Positions 58,779 to 64,000 of a stretch of DNA of 64,000 bases are shown piece by piece. The stretch lies in assembly GCA_964583615.1 (NCBI GenBank), contig CAZOWM010000010.1:11480-75479 (forward strand), given 5' to 3'. The translations under genes were made by a program, and so were the position numbers. Position 1 is the first letter of the stretch. Every line of letters starts with the position of its first letter. Under the pieces are notes generated by a model. That model searched no databases, was not told where the DNA came from, and worked only from the letters and a program-made list of their open reading frames with translations. The DNA comes from an uncultured Spirochaetota bacterium. GTDB lineage: Bacteria; Spirochaetota; B62-G9; DRHN01.

Positions 58779-59408
58779 ATGAATACCATCCACAAATTCA
58801 GGCGGCGAAAAATGGCATCGAAAAACGCTCCTTTCATGATTATTCTCACTTTTCTCGGGCTTTTCCTCTTCGGAACGGTGTGGAACGCACGTGTGCTCCA
58901 CGCTCAGACTGTCCCCACCTATTCGTTCGTATCTTTTGAGACGACGTACAGCAGCATCATCGGATCTGCGAGGAGGGAAGGGTATCATCTGAAGGAAGAA
59001 GAAATCACCTCGCGCTACGGTAAGTACCATATTTTCCTTGAAAAACCGCTCACCTATTATACGGAAAATATATATCTGTTTTTCAACGAACAAAAAGGGC
59101 TCATATCCTTTACCGTGCTCTTCACGATCAACGAAAACCAGCCGAGAACCGTCCTCGACAAGCTTGTCGGCTCGATCAGCGAAAAACTCACCGACAAGTA
59201 CGGTCCCAGTGAAAACGAGGCCTACGCATATTTCAAGCTCTACGAGAACACCTATGAGCTCGTGGTGAGACCGCGGCAGAGTTCCTCCGGTTCCGCGTAT
59301 GTGACCTTCAAGCACGTGCAGCGGGACACGGATTACCGGGATTATTACGTGAAAGAGGTTGAAGCGCTGGAAAACGAGGAGATCGAGGAAACGGTTGACA
59401 ATTTCTAA
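58779..59408 (+). CDS. Hypothetical exported protein
   Basis: About 200 aa, signal peptide ending VLHA-Q, protein-like composition. Start may be ATG 58812. Confidence 0.7.
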   Translation: MNTIHKFRRRKMASKNAPFMIILTFLGLFLFGTVWNARVLHAQTVPTYSFVSFETTYSSIIGSARREGYHLKEEEITSRYGKYHIFLEKPLTYYTENIYLFFNEQKGLISFTVLFTINENQPRTVLDKLVGSISEKLTDKYGPSENEAYAYFKLYENTYELVVRPRQSSSGSAYVTFKHVQRDTDYRDYYVKEVEALENEEIEETVDNF

Positions 59409-60493
59409 ATACCGCATCCGTACACGGTGTCCGCGATTGAAGCACGCACCTGATCCATCTGTTCCCTGTCCTGCTTTCGACTCGGGTAGGTCCAGTTTGA
59501 AAGAAGCACGATACCGATATCCCTTTCAGGGTCGCACACGATCGAACAGCCTGTAAAGCCTGTTTTTCCGAATGCCCTGCTCGAACACCCGGAACCCATG
59601 AATCGAGGCTGATAGATCTCCCACCCCAGACCTGTTTTTTCCGTGTTTTCCGCAAGCTGGTTCGTACTGATTCGATTCACCATCTGTTTCGAAAAATATC
59701 GTTTTCCCCTCATTATTCCTCCTTGCAAAAGCATTTCACAAAACGTGAGAAGGTCCGGAGCTGTCGAGAAAAGACCCGCAGATCCGGGTTTCATAATCGT
59801 GCTGAGAGTGTGCGCACTCTCGTCGTGTACTTCTCCCTGAACCATCCGGTTTCGCCATGGGTCGAACTCTGTCGGAACGATTTCCTGCTTTCTTACGATA
59901 TCCTTCGGTGAGAAGGAAGTCCGGTGCATCGAAAGAGGGGAAAAGAACCGAGCCTGAGCGAGTGCGTCCAGGGGGCGGGTGCTGACCCGTTCTACCACGA
60001 TACCCAGCAGAATGCTTGTTGCATTGGAGTAGAAAAACTGTGATCCGGGCGGGCTCCGCAACTCCTTTCTGTAGATGGTTTCAAGTATTTCGCGGGGGGT
60101 TCGTTCTTTCAGAGAGGAGAGGGGAAAGGAAAAATGAAGGGTGTGGGTGAGGAGGTGGTATATCCTTATATTTTCCCTGTAGCTGTGTGAGATCTCGGGA
60201 ATGTAGCGCAGGAGTTTGTCGTCAATATCAAGCGATCCCTCATCCACGAGTTGCAGCGCAAGTGAGGCGGTTGGTATGGATTTAGTGATGGAAGCGACAT
60301 CATAGATTGTGTCTCCTTCGACAGGGGGTGAATGCTTATCATAGGTGAAACGACCGAAGGGATATACGGCCCGTCTTTCTCCTGGTGAGACAATCCCGAC
60401 AACACACCCCGGAAACACTCCTGCTTCTATGGCCTGCGTGATCCTTTCACGGATCAGTGCATCGAAATGTGAACCACCCAGCTTCATACCCAC
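59405..60493 (-). CDS. Serine hydrolase, beta-lactamase/AmpC family
   Basis: SITK (SxxK), LLTHT, FYSN, GEVHD, AGLFST, KTGFTG. Confidence 0.9.
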   Translation of the reverse strand: MGMKLGGSHFDALIRERITQAIEAGVFPGCVVGIVSPGERRAVYPFGRFTYDKHSPPVEGDTIYDVASITKSIPTASLALQLVDEGSLDIDDKLLRYIPEISHSYRENIRIYHLLTHTLHFSFPLSSLKERTPREILETIYRKELRSPPGSQFFYSNATSILLGIVVERVSTRPLDALAQARFFSPLSMHRTSFSPKDIVRKQEIVPTEFDPWRNRMVQGEVHDESAHTLSTIMKPGSAGLFSTAPDLLTFCEMLLQGGIMRGKRYFSKQMVNRISTNQLAENTEKTGLGWEIYQPRFMGSGCSSRAFGKTGFTGCSIVCDPERDIGIVLLSNWTYPSRKQDREQMDQVRASIADTVYGCGI

Positions 60494-60673
60494 ATAAAGT
60501 ATAACGTATTTTCAGGAAAGCCAGTAGATTCCGGTGTTTTTTTTGCGCATCTTTCGAAGATACGTGTGCGTACACAGGGGAGCAGAAAGCAGGGCCGAAT
60601 TTTCTACCAAAATCCCCTGAAGGCGCATATAATTCTATTAACGAGAGAGGAGCCTGCCGGAGGAGGCGTTTCT

Positions 60674-61666
60674 ATGAAAAAGCGAGCGTCTGTTATGATT
60701 GGGATAGTATTTTTTGTTTGTGCGTTATCCGGATGCGTGAGCCCGCGTATCGGATTCATGGGCGGTGAAACTGTGCCTCTGAAGGAGTACACTCTCCAGG
60801 GGACATCGAGGGAGAAGGTGCTTCTTATTCCGATCAAGGGGTTCATTTCTGACGAGAGGCAGGAAAGGTTTTTGAGAAGTGAGCCCAGCATGGTGCAGGA
60901 GATCGTCTCCCAGCTCAGAAAGGCCGAAAACGACAGACACGTGAAGGCGGTGGTGCTCAAGGTCGATTCTCCCGGGGGGACCGTTACGGCAAGCGACGTG
61001 CTGTATCACGAGATACTGTCCTTCAAGGAGCGGACAGGCGCTGCGCTCATAGTATCCATGATGAATGTCGCAGCATCGGGCGGTTACTACATATCGCTCC
61101 CCGCAGATTATATATTCGCCCACCCCACGACGATTACCGGCTCTGTGGGAGTGATATTCGTTCAGCCGAATTTCACCGGCCTCATGGAGAAGATTGGTAT
61201 CGACGTGAACGTGAGCAAGTCAGGAGAGAAAAAGGACATGGGATCTCCATTCCGCGATGCGTCGGAAGAAGAGAAAAATATCATGCAAAACCTCACGGAC
61301 AGTCTCGGAAAACGGTTCGTTGACCTCGTTGCAGGGCACAGAGACGTGACGGCCGCACAGCTCGAGGACATCGCGAGCGCGCGTGTGTATCTCGCGGATG
61401 AAGCCCTGAAGTTCGGTCTGATTGATGAAACCGGCTACATAGAGGATGCGCTCAAAGAGGCGAAGAAGCGCGCAAAACTTCCTCCAAGCGCGAAGGTAGT
61501 GGTCTACCGCAGGGTCAAATACCCTGACGATAACCTCTACAACACGGCGGCATCGAACATGATGGGAAGGGGTTTCTCCGTGGTGAACATCGATCTTCCC
61601 GCCTCCACTGCGCACCTACAGCCCGGATTTTACTACCTGTGGCTCCCGCAGAAGGGTGCCGAATAA
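60674..61666 (+). CDS. sppA: Signal peptide peptidase SppA (36K type, lipoprotein)
   Basis: ALSGC lipobox, VDSPGG, AASGGYYIS, TITGSVGV, KDMGSPFR. AGGAGG SD. Confidence 0.92.
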   Translation: MKKRASVMIGIVFFVCALSGCVSPRIGFMGGETVPLKEYTLQGTSREKVLLIPIKGFISDERQERFLRSEPSMVQEIVSQLRKAENDRHVKAVVLKVDSPGGTVTASDVLYHEILSFKERTGAALIVSMMNVAASGGYYISLPADYIFAHPTTITGSVGVIFVQPNFTGLMEKIGIDVNVSKSGEKKDMGSPFRDASEEEKNIMQNLTDSLGKRFVDLVAGHRDVTAAQLEDIASARVYLADEALKFGLIDETGYIEDALKEAKKRAKLPPSAKVVVYRRVKYPDDNLYNTAASNMMGRGFSVVNIDLPASTAHLQPGFYYLWLPQKGAE

Positions 61667-61718
61667 GGGCACTGTTTCCTTGAAAAATGTGTGATTGTGT
61701 TTTACATTCATCTGCGTG

Positions 61719-61886
61719 ATGAGAACAAATGGAGAAAAGCCACTGGCCTGGGTTGTAACGGTATCCATGGGCCTCGGCCACGAACGCGCGACATTTCCTT
61801 TTCGCAATTTCGCAGAGCAGGGGATTATCACGATCAATGAGAGCGCGCTCACAGGGCAAAAGGAGAAAGAGCTGTGGAGGAGATGA
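61719..61886 (+). pseudogene. 55-aa N-terminal fragment resembling an uncharacterised GT-B family
   Basis: AWVVTVSMGLGHERATFP resembles the MGxGHxRA start of GT28-like proteins; the ORF stops after KELWRR. Confidence 0.5.
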
Positions 61887-62245
61887 TCCGGCTCTTGGGC
61901 TCGAAAAGGGGAAAAAATCCTGCTTATGAGTCTGGGAGGGAAGGGAAACATACGAAAATCGACTCCATCAAATTCAAGATCGAGCAGCTGTGCAGGCTTT
62001 ATACCGGTGCTGACGAAAGGAATAAGAAAAAGATCGAAACGGATATCTCCTACTACAGGGCGGAACTGGAATATCTCTATCAGAAGAATATGAAGAACGG
62101 CTCGAAGAGCAGTCTCTATAATGCAAATCTGGTCATTCCCTGCCTCTTCAACTCAGGATGTATCATCGGAAAACGGGGTATGGCCTCCAACGATGTATAT
62201 TATAAACAAAATATGCACCTTTCGGGAACAGGAAAGCGCGCGTGA
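61883..62245 (+). CDS. Hypothetical protein
   Basis: 120 aa, GGAGG SD, ATGA overlap upstream and GTGA overlap downstream, helical charged segment. Confidence 0.45.
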   Translation: MIRLLGSKRGKNPAYESGREGKHTKIDSIKFKIEQLCRLYTGADERNKKKIETDISYYRAELEYLYQKNMKNGSKSSLYNANLVIPCLFNSGCIIGKRGMASNDVYYKQNMHLSGTGKRA

Positions 62246-62994
62246 ATCGGAAGGGCAGTGAAATCGGCTGGCTTCTCGATGGATTTATCAGTCATCGTGG
62301 ATTTCATACGGGAGACAGTGAAAGACCGGAGAACTCGTTGAAGGCATTTGCTTCTGCGGTCGCTGCCGGGTACGGTATCGAGCTGGATGTTCTTCTTTCC
62401 GCAGACAGTAAGGCGGTTGTGTTTCACGATCAGACCCTGAAGAGAATGACTGGAGTCGAAAAGCACGTGTCGGCGTGTACTGCTGCGGAACTCGGCCGCA
62501 TACGTCTTCTTGGTTCCGAGCAGACGATTCCCCTTCTGAAAGAAGTGCTCGATCTCGTGAAAGGAAGTGTTCCGCTGCTTGTGGAAATAAAAAACGACGG
62601 GAAGCCGGGGGCGCTCGAGGAGACTGTGTTTCAGGATCTTTCCTTCTACACCGGAAAATTCGCTGTTCAGTCCTTCAACCCGTTTCCCCTGGAATGGTTC
62701 AAAGACAACGCTCCTGAGATTGTCCGAGGACAGCTCTCCGGAGATTTCCGAGACGAAGATCTGTTTTTTCTCAAGAAATTCATACTCAAAAACCTCTTCA
62801 TGAACTGGAAGAGCGACCCGCACTTTCTCAGCTATGATGTGCGCTGCCTTCCTTTCTGGGCGGTGAACAGGAACAGGCGCCGCGGCTTCCCGGTGCTTGG
62901 CTGGACGGTCCGTTCACAGGAAGAATACCTTTCCGTCAAACCGCACGTCGACAACATCATATTCGAAAGCTTCATTCCTTCCTCCGCAGAGTGA
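62242..62994 (+). CDS. Glycerophosphodiester phosphodiesterase family protein
   Basis: SHRGFH, PENSL.AF, IELDV, VVFHD..LKRMTG, VEIK, QSFNP. Confidence 0.9.
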   Translation: MNRKGSEIGWLLDGFISHRGFHTGDSERPENSLKAFASAVAAGYGIELDVLLSADSKAVVFHDQTLKRMTGVEKHVSACTAAELGRIRLLGSEQTIPLLKEVLDLVKGSVPLLVEIKNDGKPGALEETVFQDLSFYTGKFAVQSFNPFPLEWFKDNAPEIVRGQLSGDFRDEDLFFLKKFILKNLFMNWKSDPHFLSYDVRCLPFWAVNRNRRRGFPVLGWTVRSQEEYLSVKPHVDNIIFESFIPSSAE

Positions 62995-63056
62995 ATGACG
63001 AATCACTGCTTTGAGACGGTACTGCCCGGTTTTAGTACCTGTAAAGCGAACTATTT

Positions 63057-63998
63057 TCAGTGACCGGGAGTCTGCGCCCGTATGCTCTTCAGTTCAGGGT
63101 GAGCATCCGCTTCCCGCTCAAACGCTTCTTCTCTCAGAGGATTCGTGTAATCAGGGCTCTGAAAAGAGTAGGTAAAGTGTGTGTGGATATCATAGGTTCC
63201 CTCGAGAAGCGCCACGCTGTCTTCCACCATCACGAGTTCCTCGTCTGTTGGTATGACAAAGACTTTTATCTTTGCGTCCGGGGCGGTAATGTCCGTTTCG
63301 ATATTTCTGGATCTCGAGATGAGGTTTTTTTCTTCATCGACCCTGATCCCGAGCATGTCGAGATTTGCGGTCATCTTCGCCCGTATCTGCGGGCTCATCT
63401 CACCGACTCCGGCGGTGAATACCAAGGCATCGACATTCCCGAGTGCCGCAGCATAGGCACCGATATATTTTTTCCCTCTGTAGGTTTCCACCTCGACTGC
63501 AAGCTGTGCCCTTTTATCTCCCTCTCTTGCCGCTTTCAAAATATCCCGCCTGTCTATGTACTTCTCCGTGATGCCCAGAAGTCCGCTCTTTTTGTTGAGA
63601 ATAGTGTTCATCTCGTCGGTTGACACGCCGAGCGTATCCATCATATAGAGGTCGATTGCGGCGTCATGATCACCTGCCCTCGTGCCCATCACAGCCCCCT
63701 CCAGGGGTGTGAACCCCATACTCGTGTCAACTGAGATTCCGTTTTTCACTGCATTGAAGCTCACCCCGTTTCCTATATGGGCGATCACGAGATTCGTTTT
63801 GAAAGGATCTTTCCCGAGGAGTACGGACGCTCGTTTTGCTGTGTAGAGAAAGGAAGTTCCGTGAAATCCGTAACGGCGGATGGCGTGATTCCTATACCAG
63901 CTGTAGGGCAGTGCGTAGATGTACCCGTAATCGGGCATCGTCTGATGCCATGCAGTATCCATGATTGCGATGTGGGGGATACGGGGGAGCACCTCTCT
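63057..63998 (-). CDS. ackA: Acetate kinase (N-terminus lies beyond the window)
   Basis: DTAWHQT, RRYGFHGTS, HIGNG.S, DTSMGFTPLEG.VMGTRAGD, FTAGVGE, IPTDEE. Confidence 0.95.
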   Translation of the reverse strand, partial: REVLPRIPHIAIMDTAWHQTMPDYGYIYALPYSWYRNHAIRRYGFHGTSFLYTAKRASVLLGKDPFKTNLVIAHIGNGVSFNAVKNGISVDTSMGFTPLEGAVMGTRAGDHDAAIDLYMMDTLGVSTDEMNTILNKKSGLLGITEKYIDRRDILKAAREGDKRAQLAVEVETYRGKKYIGAYAAALGNVDALVFTAGVGEMSPQIRAKMTANLDMLGIRVDEEKNLISRSRNIETDITAPDAKIKVFVIPTDEELVMVEDSVALLEGTYDIHTHFTYSFQSPDYTNPLREEAFEREADAHPELKSIRAQTPGH

Positions 63999-64000
63999 TG

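Overview
A gene-dense, prophage-free chromosomal window from an anaerobic, probably free-living bacterium. Spirochaetota is inferred from the spirochaete-style HEAT protein, flagellar-brake PilZ protein and LysM protein. I found no rRNA, tRNA, CRISPR array or IS element. Main blocks: (1) 3.9-15.1 kb, a GntR-associated sugar/polyol catabolic cluster (two Gfo/Idh/MocA dehydrogenases, FGGY kinase, lactonase remnant, URO-D-family protein, 2-hydroxyacid dehydrogenase, KDPG aldolase, archaeal-type cupin PGI, W/Mo aldehyde:ferredoxin oxidoreductase, MoaD, MoeB). (2) 15.2-22.4 kb, envelope and transport genes. (3) 22.5-25.2 kb, a methanogen-type cysteate synthase, an unannotated 43-aa membrane peptide and a YeiH-type sulfate/sulfonate exporter. 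(4) 25.3-29.9 kb, a ribose-type sugar ABC operon with an SDR. (5) 32.2-40.2 kb, a giant TPR protein, an apparently plug-less beta-barrel, ExbB, ExbD and TonB, with convergent LysM and lipoprotein genes. (6) 40.4-58.7 kb, an alpha-glucan/glycogen region: debranching enzyme, GT4, a GH57 that seems to lack both catalytic residues, phosphorylase, a NodIJ-like exporter, a 1618-aa GH13-GT5 fusion and a divergent glycogen-synthase-like GT-B; cysE and a deletion-damaged metY-metX/metW operon lie inside it. (7) SppA, GDPD and a partial ackA at the right end. Best candidates for undescribed biology are the GH13-GT5 fusion locus, the cysteate synthase/exporter module and the TPR-barrel-ExbBD-TonB system. 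All family calls come from motif recognition by eye; no searches were run.
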